NCBI GenBank assembly: GCA_043821445.1
Contig: JBDRCT010000003.1
Span: forward strand, 5,440 to 69,439
Source: Candidatus Omnitrophota bacterium
Lineage (GTDB): Bacteria > Omnitrophota > Omnitrophia > Omnitrophales > Aquincolibacteriaceae
Direction of reading: 5' to 3'
Length of the DNA stretch: 64,000 bases
Numbering within the stretch: position 1 is the stretch's first letter; each line of letters starts with the position of its first letter. Positions 1 through 11,974 of the stretch are shown here, piece by piece. Under the pieces are notes generated by a model. That model saw only the letters and a list, made by a program, of their open reading frames with translations. It was not told the origin of the DNA and made no database searches. The translations under genes were made by a program, and so were the position numbers.

Positions 1-690
1 GGCACATTCCGCCACTTCGATCATGTAAAGAGGCTCATTCCGTTTGCCCCGATTCGACTGGGGCGCAAGGTACGGCCCATCGGTCTCAAGGAGCAGGCGG
101 TCCTTCGGGCAGAGCGCGCAGGCTTCACGCAACCTGTCGTTCTTTTTGTAGGTCAGGGCCCCACCGAACGCAATATGAAAACCGAGATCCAGATATTTTT
201 TCATGGTCCCGGCGTCCGAGGAATAGCAATGGAGCGTCCCCCGGTAAGGCAACCGGGTGTGTTCCCGGAGAATACGCAAAAGATCTTCGTAGGCATCACG
301 GCAGTGGATAATGATAGGCTTACGGTACTTGTCATACCAGCCAAGAAAGGTCCGCAGAAGTTTCTCCTGCACGTCGCGAGGCGAATGCTCGTGGAAATAG
401 TCCAGTCCCACCTCCCCGATCGCAACCACTTTGGGATGCGTTAATAGTTTTTCGAGTTCGGCAAGATCTTCGGGATTGGCTGTTTTTGTCTCATGGGGAT
501 GAAACCCGACTGCGGCATAGACTTCTGGATATTGTTCAGCGATCGCGATAGCTTTTTGGGAACCTTCCAAGTCGGTGCCGATATTCAGGAAAGAACTAAC
601 GCCCCCCCGAATGGCCCGCTCGATCACTTCCCGCCGGTCAGCATCATACTGGGGAAAATGCAGATGGATATGAGTGTCCGTCAAATTCAT
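1..690 (-). CDS. tatD: TatD family metal-dependent hydrolase (partial; C-terminus beyond window start)
   Basis: Reverse-strand translation from ATG at 690 gives MNLTDTHIHLHFPQYDADRREVIERAIRGGVSSFLNIGTDLEGSQKAIAI. This is the TatD N-terminal HxH motif. The start ATG overlaps the metG stop (ATGA). The ORF runs off the window edge, so it is absent from the ORF track. Confidence 0.8.
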   Translation of the reverse strand, partial: MNLTDTHIHLHFPQYDADRREVIERAIRGGVSSFLNIGTDLEGSQKAIAIAEQYPEVYAAVGFHPHETKTANPEDLAELEKLLTHPKVVAIGEVGLDYFHEHSPRDVQEKLLRTFLGWYDKYRKPIIIHCRDAYEDLLRILREHTRLPYRGTLHCYSSDAGTMKKYLDLGFHIAFGGALTYKKNDRLREACALCPKDRLLLETDGPYLAPQSNRGKRNEPLYMIEVAECA

Positions 691-2231
691 GACGTCTTCT
701 CATCAAGACGCGAAAAAAGCGGCTCTCCCCGTTGAATCACAACATCTGCCTTCACAATAGACTGTGCAAACTCATACACACGAGGAATTTCCCAGTCCAC
801 CGGCACCTGAAGACGAATTAAGATTTCTTTAGCAGTTTGAGGCAAAAAAGAAAGTAATAAAACCGCAATGTGAGCTACGCATTCAGATAGAACAGCTAAG
901 ATCTGTGCAAGCTCTTCTTTGCGCGATGAATCTTTTGCCACACTCCAGGGCTTCGTTTCCTCCACAAACTGATTCGCTAGAGTGATCACAGACCAAATAG
1001 CCGTTAATGCTTCGCGAGGATTGTAATTAAGCATATGCTCTTTAACTGCGTGCCAAAGAGCAAAAGTTTTCTGCATCAGCCGATCATTAATTAATAATTT
1101 ATCATTTATTTTCTGCGTTTTTCCATCGGAATATTTTTCGATCATGGATGCGACACGGTGCCAAAGATTGCCGAGACCATTGGCAAGATCGCTCGTATAG
1201 CGTTCCGCCAAAAGATCTTCAGAAAAAGTGCCGTCCAGACCGAGCGTCACTTCATTCAAAAGAAAGTACCGGAGTACATCACTACCGTATTTTTGGACAA
1301 GCGCAACTGGATCCACGACGTTCCCGGTTGACTTCGACATCTTGGCGCCGCCGATCTGCCACCACCCGTGGGCAAACACAAGTTTCGGCATTTCAATACC
1401 CATGGCTTTGAGCATGATCGGCCAGAAAATCGCGTGCTGGCGGAGAATATCTTTTCCTATTAATTGAAGGTCCGCCGGCCAAAGAGACTTGAATTTTTTA
1501 TCATCCGTCAGATATCCGGCGCCTGTCACATAATTCAAAAGTGCGTCAAACCAGACATAAACCACATGGTCCTTGGACCCCGGATATTCGACCCCCCAAG
1601 TAAGGCGCGCCTTCGGCCGGGTAATGCAGAGGTCTTCGAGCGGCTCTTTTAAAAATCCAAGCACTTCGTTCTTGCGATACTCCGGCTGAATAAAATCCGG
1701 ATTCTCTTGAATGTAGCTCACTAACCAGGACTGATAAGCGGACATCCTGAAAAAATAGTTTTCTTCTTCAAGGCGATCCACCTCGCGGCGACATTCAGGG
1801 CACTTCCCGTCCTTGAGCTGAAGTTCGGTCCAGAATGATTCGCAGGGCGTACAGTACCAGCCATGATACGAAGCCTTGTAAATGTCCTCTTTTGACTCAA
1901 GATCACTCAGGACTTTCTGGACCGTTTTTTTATGATAGTCATCGGTGGTACGGATAAAGTGATCATACCGGATCCCAAGCACGCGCCAGAGTTCCTTGAA
2001 CTGAGGCACGATCTCATCCACAAAAGCCTTGGGATCCTTGTGTTGTTCAAACGCGGCCTTCTGGACCTTGATCCCGTGCTCATCGGTCCCTGTGATGTAG
2101 AAAACTTTCTCTCCCATTATCCGGTGAAAACGCGCGAACGTATCGCACAGGATGCTCGTATAGGCATGGCCGATGTGCGGTTTGCCGTTCACATAATAAA
2201 TCGGCGTCGTCAGATAATACGTTTTCGTCAT
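687..2231 (-). CDS. metG: methionyl-tRNA synthetase (short form)
   Basis: 514 aa. HIGH motif (PIYYVNGKPHIGHAYT) and KMSKS motif (KMSKSTGN). Confidence 0.95.
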   Translation of the reverse strand: MTKTYYLTTPIYYVNGKPHIGHAYTSILCDTFARFHRIMGEKVFYITGTDEHGIKVQKAAFEQHKDPKAFVDEIVPQFKELWRVLGIRYDHFIRTTDDYHKKTVQKVLSDLESKEDIYKASYHGWYCTPCESFWTELQLKDGKCPECRREVDRLEEENYFFRMSAYQSWLVSYIQENPDFIQPEYRKNEVLGFLKEPLEDLCITRPKARLTWGVEYPGSKDHVVYVWFDALLNYVTGAGYLTDDKKFKSLWPADLQLIGKDILRQHAIFWPIMLKAMGIEMPKLVFAHGWWQIGGAKMSKSTGNVVDPVALVQKYGSDVLRYFLLNEVTLGLDGTFSEDLLAERYTSDLANGLGNLWHRVASMIEKYSDGKTQKINDKLLINDRLMQKTFALWHAVKEHMLNYNPREALTAIWSVITLANQFVEETKPWSVAKDSSRKEELAQILAVLSECVAHIAVLLLSFLPQTAKEILIRLQVPVDWEIPRVYEFAQSIVKADVVIQRGEPLFSRLDEKTS

Positions 2232-3094
2232 AAAGAAACCACTTTCTGAGACGGGAAAAGTCGCGCAAGCCTCATCGCAAGCCGGGTTGTCATCAGTTTC
2301 TGATTTACGTTCATGTCGAGCGCCGTCTTGGAGTCATAAAGAAGGTCCATGGCCTCGAGCCATAAGTTCACTTTTTCGGGGTCCGTGTCTTCTCCCGACA
2401 CAATCTGGTAGACCTTCTCACGGGAAAGCGCCATCAGACTATCCAGTTTTAGCTTTGCTTCATTGCGAGGGATCGACCCATAAGTTTCAAAGATCTCGCG
2501 GACCGGCAGGGCCTCAAGCGACCCTGCGCCCATCGGAACGGACGGAGATAACATTGGCATGAGACGGATCTCAAATGAACGCGACTGGATCGTCTCCAAG
2601 AGATTGTTCTTATTCTCTACTAGGAGGCAAAAAACCGTATTTGGGGGTGGTTCTTCAAGGGTTTTCAGAAAGGCGTTCGCCGCCACCTCGGGCAACCGTT
2701 CCGCATTCGGCACAATACAAACTTTCCATGCGCCTTCAAAAGGTTTCATGGACGCCCAGTGGATCGTCTCACGGACCGCCTCGATCTTGATCGACCGTTC
2801 AGTGAGGTCTTCCCCCACCCATCGAACATCCGGATATCCGTGCTTCCATATCCGCTGCAGAAGTCCGGTATCTTTAAAACTAAAAAGCTTGGGATCACGA
2901 CTTTCAAGCGCATAGGCAAACGCCACCGCAAACTCTTCTTTAATGTCCGTGCTGTGGCGTTCGCTGCCCATCTCGGCCATTTCCCCTTCATTCCCGCACC
3001 CGCTGAAAATATAGGAGGACGCGACACGTCCTTCCCGGATATGGGACTCAAGAATTCGAACCGCCAGTTTCTGGGTGTTATTGGCCAAAAACAC
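2228..3094 (-). CDS. holB: DNA polymerase III delta-prime subunit (clamp loader)
   Basis: 288 aa. AANAFLKTLEEPPPNTVFCLL and ETIQSRS (SRC-like) motifs. Position tmk-holB-metG-tatD matches the classical cluster. Confidence 0.8.
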   Translation of the reverse strand: MFLANNTQKLAVRILESHIREGRVASSYIFSGCGNEGEMAEMGSERHSTDIKEEFAVAFAYALESRDPKLFSFKDTGLLQRIWKHGYPDVRWVGEDLTERSIKIEAVRETIHWASMKPFEGAWKVCIVPNAERLPEVAANAFLKTLEEPPPNTVFCLLVENKNNLLETIQSRSFEIRLMPMLSPSVPMGAGSLEALPVREIFETYGSIPRNEAKLKLDSLMALSREKVYQIVSGEDTDPEKVNLWLEAMDLLYDSKTALDMNVNQKLMTTRLAMRLARLFPSQKVVSL

Positions 3095-3691
3095 GTTCGA
3101 GCCTTTCCCGGACTATTCCGCTCACCCATTCCATGGGTTTGCTGGTATCGAGCACGACCATGCGCCTGGGTTCTTTTTTTGCGAAAGCAAGAAATCCCCG
3201 CCGCACCCGCCGGTGAAAACTCAGAGCCTCACGTTCGATCCGGTCATGCCGGCCCCCACGCGCAAGGCCCTTGGCAATATCAATATCCAGCACAAAGGTG
3301 AGATCCGGCTTGAGCGTCCCCCGGACCAGCCGGCTTGCGTCTTCGATAGCCCTCAATGGGATCCTACGGCCAAACCCTTGATAGGCTCTTGTCGAATCTT
3401 CAAAACGGTCACAGATGACGACCTTGCCTTTCTTAAGCGCCGGAATGATCTTTTCATGAACGATCTGCGCGCGAGCGGCAAGATAAAGGAGCAACTCTGT
3501 CACGGGACCCATTTCCTTCAGATCTTTATCCAGAAGGATCGCGCGAATAGCTTCGCTGATGCGCGTACCGCCCGGTTCCCGGAGCATGACCACTGAACGG
3601 CCTTTCTCTTTCAGAAAAGCGACAGCCTTACGGATCTGCGTGCTCTTCCCGCTCCCCTCCGCGCCCTCGAATGTTATGAAATATCCTTTTT

Positions 3692-3695
<4 letters not shown>
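3078..3695 (-). CDS. tmk: thymidylate kinase
   Basis: 205 aa. P-loop FITFEGAEGSGKSTQ and LID region with DRFEDS. Confidence 0.9.
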
Positions 3696-5121
<1,426 letters not shown>

Positions 5122-5125
<4 letters not shown>

Positions 5126-6324
5126 GCGGTCACCCTTTTCATGCTCACCACAGCTTCACAGGTCACCGCCAGACCTTCTCCTTCGGGGCCGAGACCTTCC
5201 CGGGTGCGAGCTTTGATGGAGACGTCCTGTTCGGGAAGTTCGAGACACTTTGCGACACTTTTACGGATCCTGGACTTATGAGCGTAGAGTTTCGGGGATT
5301 CCAAAATAATGTTCGTATCCGCGTGAAAAGGGCGCCATCCCCGCTTTTTCGCTTCCGTGAGGATCACCCCAAGGATCTTCGTGCTGCGAATATTCTTGAA
5401 TTTCGGATCACGATCCGAAAACCACTCCCCGATATCTCCGGCCCCGATCGCACCCAGGATCGCATCCGCAAGCGTGTGCAACAGCGCATCGCCGTCCGAA
5501 TGACCCAGTGCACCTTTAGGCGATGGGATCACAACACCGCCAAGATAGAACCTGCGCCCTTTGACTAACCGGTGGGTGTCAAATCCGATCCCGACACGGA
5601 TTTCCCGAAAATTATTTTTTTCCGTTATAGCTTTGGCAAGCATCAGGTCCGTCAGGGTGGTAAGCTTCGGGTTCCAATCCCCGTGAGACACCACTCGCAC
5701 GCGAGCGCCGATTGCTTCCAAAAGGCTCGCTTCGTCCGTCGCCTCAAACGCCTTAGGGTTTTGCTTGTATGCTTTCAGAATGGTTTCACGCCGGACGAGC
5801 TGTGGCGTTTCAGCTTCGTAAAGTGTGCCGCGATCCACCGTTTCACGAATGCGTCCGTCTTCTGTTAGAACCTTCTTGATCGTCGGCACCACTTTGCGTG
5901 CCAAGATCACGCCCTCCCAACCTTTACCTGCTTTCAGGACTTGCCGGATCGCTTGGGGTGTCACGAGCGGCCGTGCCCCGTCATGCACCATGATCCACTC
6001 GGAGTGCGGGGAAGTTTTTTTAAGTGCGTTCCATACGGACTCGGCCCGGGTCTTGCCGCCCAAGATCCATCGGACCTTCAAACCCTGGATCGAACGCGCC
6101 CATCCCTTCACTTCCGGACCCATCTCGGGACTGATAGCAACGATCGTTTCATGGATCCCGGGGATCTTGGCAAAAGCCCGAAGAGTTCTGAGAAGCACCG
6201 GCTCTCCGTTCAGTCGATAAAAAAGCTTGGAAGCATGCGGAGAAACCTTCTTGGCAGAACGATCCAGGCTTTGTTGAAAACGACTACCAAGACCGGCGGC
6301 AGGAATGATGAGGGAGACTCGCAT
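5122..6324 (-). CDS. ispDF: bifunctional 2-C-methyl-D-erythritol 4-phosphate cytidylyltransferase / MEcPP synthase (IspD-IspF fusion)
   Basis: 400 aa. N-terminus IIPAAGLGSRF is the IspD nucleotide-binding motif. C-terminal half IRVGIGFDTHRL...HSDGDALLHTLADAILGA is the IspF signature. Confidence 0.9.
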
Positions 6325-6329
6325 TCACC

Positions 6330-7493
6330 CTACCTCCCTCCTTCGTGAATCTGGGAACTCTGCGAATTCGATGGATTCTGATAGGACTGATGGCTCTGCC
6401 GGTCATGACCGTTACGCGAACGGCGAGTATCATTCCCGTGACCGCCTCGATTATCGCGCCAACGCTCTGCACCGCGTTCCGGATAATGGCCATTATCATC
6501 GGAAAGTTTCGCGAAGATCATACGCCCGGCCTGCGTCTGGAGCACGCTCGTGATCGTAACTTTCACCGTATGGCCCAAACGGCGTTTGCCGTTATCCACC
6601 ACCACCATGGTCCCATCATCGAGATACGCCACACCTTGTTCATGCTCCTTGCCTTCTTTGAGGATCTTGATCTCCATCTCTTCCCCAGGCATGACCACGG
6701 GCTTCAGCGCATTCGCAAGATCGTTGATATTGAGAACTTTTACACCCTGCAGTTCGGCAACCTTATTGAGATTGTAATCATTCGTGAAAACCTTAGCCTG
6801 AAGTACTTGACCCATTTTAACCAGCTTGGCGTCCACGGTGTTAAATTCCGGAAAATCCAACTCGTGGATTTTCACCTTAATATTCGGATTGGACTGGATC
6901 GCGTTCAAAACATCGAGCCCGCGACGCCCACGAGCGCGTTTTAAGGGGTCCGACGAATCTGCGATGAGCTGCAACTCCTTCAACACAAAACGTGGCAGGA
7001 TCAGCTTGCTTGAAAGAAAATGCGTATTCGCGATGTCCGCGATGCGACCGTCGATAATAACACTCGTATCCAAAAGGATCATTTCCTCACTCGGACCTTT
7101 AGAATCAAGATGCACGAACGGGATCATCAAACTGAATTCATCTTGCCCGCGAAGGACCGTGATAATGCCGAGGTAGGAAAAAACGATCGCCGTTGCGATC
7201 CCGAAATTACGCGTGACTTCTGAGGTAAAATGGGCATAAACGACCACCATCATAAAAAGCCGGTGCGTCAGAAGCCCAAGCGCCAATCCCAGAATGACCG
7301 CAAGAATATTGCGGACCGTGTATTGTTTAAAAAAGATATCAATCGAAACGATGAGAATGCCGACCATCGCCCCGATGGCCGCCGAGATCCACTCGCTGTA
7401 AGGCACCTGAAGGTTCAAGAGCCACTGAATTTGCGCAAGATACCCGAACAGGGTACAGCCTAGAATAAAAATAAACCTTATGGCAAGAATCAT
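6330..7493 (-). CDS. membrane-anchored PIN + TRAM domain protein (YacL-like)
   Basis: 387 aa. Four N-terminal TM helices. PIN domain ([13 protein letters not shown]...). C-terminal TRAM-like barrel ([23 protein letters not shown]). Sits upstream of ispDF as yacL does in Bacillus. Has an R/H/Q/S-rich low-complexity C-terminal tail. Confidence 0.7.
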   Translation of the reverse strand: MILAIRFIFILGCTLFGYLAQIQWLLNLQVPYSEWISAAIGAMVGILIVSIDIFFKQYTVRNILAVILGLALGLLTHRLFMMVVVYAHFTSEVTRNFGIATAIVFSYLGIITVLRGQDEFSLMIPFVHLDSKGPSEEMILLDTSVIIDGRIADIANTHFLSSKLILPRFVLKELQLIADSSDPLKRARGRRGLDVLNAIQSNPNIKVKIHELDFPEFNTVDAKLVKMGQVLQAKVFTNDYNLNKVAELQGVKVLNINDLANALKPVVMPGEEMEIKILKEGKEHEQGVAYLDDGTMVVVDNGKRRLGHTVKVTITSVLQTQAGRMIFAKLSDDNGHYPERGAERWRDNRGGHGNDTRRSRNGHDRQSHQSYQNPSNSQSSQIHEGGR

Positions 7494-7565
7494 GATAACT
7501 GCTCCTTTGATGTTGTGCGTATAACGTGTATGAAAGATTCATATTCACCGGTTCCTTTGAACAGG

Positions 7566-8375
7566 TCATGCTAGAAAGAAAAAGTACCACTTTCTTTTGT
7601 CTTTCGAGTCTTTCTTAAGGAGCTTCCACGGATGCGCCCGCACATCCTTCACGAACGCTTCCATTTCCTTATAAAGCTCGTCTTCCATTAAGAGTTTCCC
7701 GAGCGTCCCATCTCCTTTTTCGACTTTTTCAAGGATGTTGCTCAAAGAAGCGCTGGAAGACTCGATATTCTGGAAACTTTGATGCACATCTCCATCCGCC
7801 TTGAGAGAAGTGTTCAACGCCCCACTCAGCGACGAAAGATTACTGATCAGGGTTTTGAGGTCCTCAATCGTCCCCTGATCGTCCATACCCGCCTTGAACT
7901 TGCCCAAGATCGCGGCAAGATGGTCCAAGATCTCATGCGCCCGGTCAATCAGTTCTTCCACCGCGACCAAAGGCACTCCTTCCACCAACGCTCTTTTATG
8001 GAGCAGTGGAAAAGTCCCGGGGTTCGGCGTGATCTCCACATGCGGCTCGCTCAAGACATGCGTGCCTCGTATCGTGAAGCTGTAATTTTCTCTGATTTCC
8101 ACTCCCTTTTCAATGAAAAGTTTGACCTTGACGCGATTATTCTGTTTCGCTTCATCATAAACGAGATCCAACTGGCTTACCTCCCCAACACGGACCCCCG
8201 CCATACGCACCGGCGCCCCTTTATTAAGAATGCTGACATAGTTAAACATCACATCCACGGTATATCCCGAACGAAATAAATAAACCCCGCTGACAAAAAA
8301 GAGCACTAACGTCAAAAAAATGAACCCGAGGATCACGAAAACCCCCACCGACACCTCATTACTTTTCTTTTTCAT
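7566..8375 (-). CDS. mlaD: MlaD (MCE-domain) phospholipid-transport periplasmic component
   Basis: 269 aa. N-terminal TM anchor plus MCE domain (YTVDVMFNYVSILNKGAPVRMAGVRVGEV). Operon with mlaF and mlaE. Confidence 0.8.
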   Translation of the reverse strand: MKKKSNEVSVGVFVILGFIFLTLVLFFVSGVYLFRSGYTVDVMFNYVSILNKGAPVRMAGVRVGEVSQLDLVYDEAKQNNRVKVKLFIEKGVEIRENYSFTIRGTHVLSEPHVEITPNPGTFPLLHKRALVEGVPLVAVEELIDRAHEILDHLAAILGKFKAGMDDQGTIEDLKTLISNLSSLSGALNTSLKADGDVHQSFQNIESSSASLSNILEKVEKGDGTLGKLLMEDELYKEMEAFVKDVRAHPWKLLKKDSKDKRKWYFFFLA

Positions 8376-9142
8376 AATAACTCCGTCTCCTTTTGCTGCT
8401 TATCCGTGATCGGACCCCGTGCCGATCCGGTAATGAATTGCTGAATGACCGGGTCGGGGGAATTTCGGATCTCATCGGGCGTCCCGATACCGATGATTCG
8501 TCCCTCAAAAAGCATGGCAATCCGGTTTGCCACTTTGTAAGCACTGGTCATATCGTGGGTCACCACGATCGAGATCACTTTGAGTTGTTTCTGCATCCTC
8601 AAAATAAGCTCATTAATGACGTCCGCATTGATCGGATCGAGGCCCGTGGTCGGCTCATCATAGAGAATGATCTTCGGTTCATTGCAAATCGCCCGTGCCA
8701 AACCCACCCTTTTTTTCATCCCCCCTGAAAGACTGGCAGGCATCAGATTCTCGATCCCCTCTAAACCCATCATACGCAACTTTTCCAAGACTTTCTGACC
8801 GATCACTTCCTCAGAAAGATTGGTGTGCTCAAAAAGAGAAAATCCGACATTCTCAAGCACGGTCAGAGAATCAAAGAGCGCGGCGCCCTGAAAGAGCATC
8901 CCGAGCTGTAACCGGAACTGGTCCTGCTCTTCCAGATTCATCGAGAACATAGAACGTCCGTCAATGCGAATATCTCCTTCATCAGGCTCCAAAATCGCCA
9001 TGATATGCTTCAGAAGAACACTTTTCCCACATCCCGACCGGCCGATGATCACGATAGTCTCCCCTTCCTTGATGGTCAGGTCGACCCCTTTCAGGACATG
9101 GTGTGTTCCAAACCACTTGTGAATGCCTTGGATATGGATCAC
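8372..9142 (-). CDS. mlaF: MlaF ABC transporter ATP-binding protein
   Basis: 256 aa. Walker A GRSGCGKS, signature LSGGMKKRVGLARA, Walker B ILYDEPTTGLD. Confidence 0.85.
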   Translation of the reverse strand: MIHIQGIHKWFGTHHVLKGVDLTIKEGETIVIIGRSGCGKSVLLKHIMAILEPDEGDIRIDGRSMFSMNLEEQDQFRLQLGMLFQGAALFDSLTVLENVGFSLFEHTNLSEEVIGQKVLEKLRMMGLEGIENLMPASLSGGMKKRVGLARAICNEPKIILYDEPTTGLDPINADVINELILRMQKQLKVISIVVTHDMTSAYKVANRIAMLFEGRIIGIGTPDEIRNSPDPVIQQFITGSARGPITDKQQKETELL

Positions 9143-9160
9143 GAAACACCGTTCTTCCGT

Positions 9161-9997
9161 TTAAAAGAAATAAAAGATCGCTGAAAAAAGTGCGTCCGAA
9201 GCAATGACCATGATAAGCGAAACTACTACCGCAAGCGTTGTCGCTCGTCCCACACCTTCGGCCCCCCCGCGGGCCGTAAATCCGAAATAGCATCCCACGA
9301 TCGAAATAATCCCTCCGAAGAAAAAGGCCTTGATGAGTCCCGTCACAACATCCTTGACCGCCAGCGCATCGATCCCGCGTTTGATGTACATGTGCGAACT
9401 CATACCAAGTTTGAAAACTGAAATGAGGTAGCCCCCGAACATCCCGATCACATCCGCATAGATGGTCAACAAAAAAAGCATGAACAACGCCGCGATAAAT
9501 CTCGGAATGACAAGATACTGGATGGGATTCGTCGCAAGAGCCTTCAGAGCGTCAATCTGTTCGGTCACCTTCATGGTCCCGAGTTCTGCGGCGATCGAAG
9601 CCCCCACACGCCCGGCCACTACCATCGACGTCAATACCGGTCCAAGTTCGCGGCATAGCGAAACCGATATCAAGTCCGCGGTAAATTTCTCTGCGGAAAA
9701 AAGGCGGAGTTGATAAGCCGATTGCAATGCAAGGACCATGCCTGTAAAAAATGCCGTAAGAAAAACCAAGGGAAGCGACTGCACGCCGATCTTATTCATC
9801 TGATCGAGCGTGGCCTTCCAACGGATCTTTTTGGAAACCAATAAAATGCAAGCGTCCTTAAAAAGAAGTGCGATCCCTCCGGCACCTTGAAAAATATCCA
9901 GACACTCCGCCCCAAACCTCTGGAGCCACATCCGGACCGATACGGCCCGCCTCAGATCACTCCAATCCGTCATAATTCTCCTCTGCCATCGATACAT
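9161..9997 (-). CDS. mlaE: MlaE ABC transporter permease
   Basis: 278 aa polytopic membrane protein immediately upstream of mlaF. MlaE-like conserved core (QSLPLVFLTAFFTGMVLALQSAYQL). Confidence 0.8.
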   Translation of the reverse strand: MYRWQRRIMTDWSDLRRAVSVRMWLQRFGAECLDIFQGAGGIALLFKDACILLVSKKIRWKATLDQMNKIGVQSLPLVFLTAFFTGMVLALQSAYQLRLFSAEKFTADLISVSLCRELGPVLTSMVVAGRVGASIAAELGTMKVTEQIDALKALATNPIQYLVIPRFIAALFMLFLLTIYADVIGMFGGYLISVFKLGMSSHMYIKRGIDALAVKDVVTGLIKAFFFGGIISIVGCYFGFTARGGAEGVGRATTLAVVVSLIMVIASDALFSAIFYFF

Positions 9998-10031
9998 TCA
10001 CAAAGTTCTACCCTTACAAGACTCTATGCCT

Positions 10032-11957
10032 TCAAAACTTCAGCTTAGGGCCGAAAAGGACCGCCGGTTCTTCTTTTTCTTCATCCTCGGTCTCACCCAC
10101 ACCGGCCCCGGAATTTGACCCCTCAGAACGGGCCTCCAGCACCGAGAGCTCTCCCCAATCACCAATCTTTGAACGGTTCAATTCCAGAGTACGGTCTTTT
10201 TTATGGAGGACCGCCTCGATGCCCTTCCAGATGACCAGATTGTCCGGCGTCTGTATTTTTACCCCCGCGAATATATTGTCAAGCTTCAAATCCAGGGCCC
10301 CGTTCAGAAAGAAAACGGTCCGGCCTTTCCAGATCTTAGAATCCCTCAACGGCAAGTAAGGAAGAAACCCACGAAGCTGAATGATACCACGGTCATAATC
10401 AAGTTGCCCCCATTTTCCGTTGTGAATGTTGAAAATGCCCGAAACCTCGGGCTTTGCGAGATCCCCCTCCACGGAAAGCGTCCCCTCCAGAAGCCCCCCG
10501 AGCGCCTTTGGTAAAGGTTTCGCCGCGAACTGGTGCACAGTTCCAAGGTCAAAATCCGCCACGCGCAACAGGAGTTTTAGGTCCGAATTTTTCCAGAACT
10601 TGGTCACTCGTCCCGTGATTTGGAATTTTTTCCCCCATGTGCTCCGAATACCTGTGATCCCGGCAGGGCTTAATTCAAAAAAACCCTTTAAGTCCTCGAA
10701 TGGCTGACGGTCCAAAATAAAATAATCAGTTTCGTACTCCCCTTTAAAAAAAAGATCGCGGCCGTTCCAATGCGGCGATACGGAATGAAGAAAAAGTTTC
10801 CCTTGTGTGACAAGATCCATGCCAAAAATCTTGATATGATCTAAATGAAAGTTGAACACAAAATCTAGCCCGCGAAGATTGGAGTGGATCGCCATCCGCT
10901 TTGCGCCTTTTTCAAAACTCAGTTCATAGTTTCCGCTGGCAAAGTCAAGTTCCCCCTGACCCTGGTACCCCGAGTCCAAAACGATCGAATCTATTACAAA
11001 ACGTTTCCGATCCTGGTGGACTTTCCCGCGGAAATCAAAAACCTGCCCCTCCATGGGTTGAAAAGCTCCCTTGAGTGTCTGATGCGGCAGACTCAACGCA
11101 AAATCCAGTTTCATCCACGGGGTACCTTTCCCGATCCGGACATGCGCATTCACTTCGGGCTGCCCCTCATGATTCAAAAAAGCTCCGGAAAGCTCCGCAT
11201 ACCATCCGTATAATGTCCCCTGCAAATCATTAAAAAAAAGATCGCTTCCCACCCAACGGACTTTTCCCTTGAGCGCTTTAAACGGGAGCGGAATATCCTG
11301 CGCGAGATCCATGGCATCCAGTTCCAGCCAAAGATCATGTGTACTCTTGGAAGGATCCACCACGCCATAAATGTGGACACGCCCGCTCACCATGCCGGTC
11401 ATGCGGGCGTGAACGTCTATCTGGACTTTTTTATCAAGAGACGGCAGGATCTTGCCTTCTACTTCTTTGAGCAGAATCTCCTTGCCAAGCGACGAAAGCA
11501 AATAACGGATCTCTCCCCCTTTAAAATCCAAAGATGGCATCGAAAGTCCGGAAACTCCACTAGCGGCATTCTCAAAATAGCGGTAAGGAAATTGATCCTG
11601 TTCGATTAGAACCGCGGGATTCTTCAACACTACACCCACAGGGGCATCGAACTTCCGGCTCCAGAGCTGTTTCAGATCATAGCGAAAAAGAAGGTGGTCG
11701 GCACGGATCAGCTGGGAACCGCCTCGCGCAGAAGGGGTTTCGATGAGGATCTTTTCAAGCGCCAGCTGGTTCAGATGGTAGGGCTTGATCTCGCCAATGT
11801 GGACCGTAGCCTTAAGATACTCCCCGACCCTTTGCTCAGCAAAACGCTTGAAATCCGGCGAATGCGCGATACGCCCCAGAAGAAAATTGAAAAGAAGCAC
11901 GCCGGTCACGAAGAAAAGCGTAAAGAAGAAAAGAACGGCCTTTAGGAAAGAACGCAT
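10032..11957 (-). CDS. AsmA-family / YhdP-like large membrane-anchored protein (outer-membrane lipid homeostasis)
   Basis: 641 aa. Single N-terminal TM helix, long beta-rich periplasmic region, acidic C-terminus. Lies next to the mla operon. Family assignment rests on architecture only. Confidence 0.45.
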   Translation of the reverse strand: MRSFLKAVLFFFTLFFVTGVLLFNFLLGRIAHSPDFKRFAEQRVGEYLKATVHIGEIKPYHLNQLALEKILIETPSARGGSQLIRADHLLFRYDLKQLWSRKFDAPVGVVLKNPAVLIEQDQFPYRYFENAASGVSGLSMPSLDFKGGEIRYLLSSLGKEILLKEVEGKILPSLDKKVQIDVHARMTGMVSGRVHIYGVVDPSKSTHDLWLELDAMDLAQDIPLPFKALKGKVRWVGSDLFFNDLQGTLYGWYAELSGAFLNHEGQPEVNAHVRIGKGTPWMKLDFALSLPHQTLKGAFQPMEGQVFDFRGKVHQDRKRFVIDSIVLDSGYQGQGELDFASGNYELSFEKGAKRMAIHSNLRGLDFVFNFHLDHIKIFGMDLVTQGKLFLHSVSPHWNGRDLFFKGEYETDYFILDRQPFEDLKGFFELSPAGITGIRSTWGKKFQITGRVTKFWKNSDLKLLLRVADFDLGTVHQFAAKPLPKALGGLLEGTLSVEGDLAKPEVSGIFNIHNGKWGQLDYDRGIIQLRGFLPYLPLRDSKIWKGRTVFFLNGALDLKLDNIFAGVKIQTPDNLVIWKGIEAVLHKKDRTLELNRSKIGDWGELSVLEARSEGSNSGAGVGETEDEEKEEPAVLFGPKLKF

Positions 11958-11974
11958 ACACGCATGCTCTCGTG

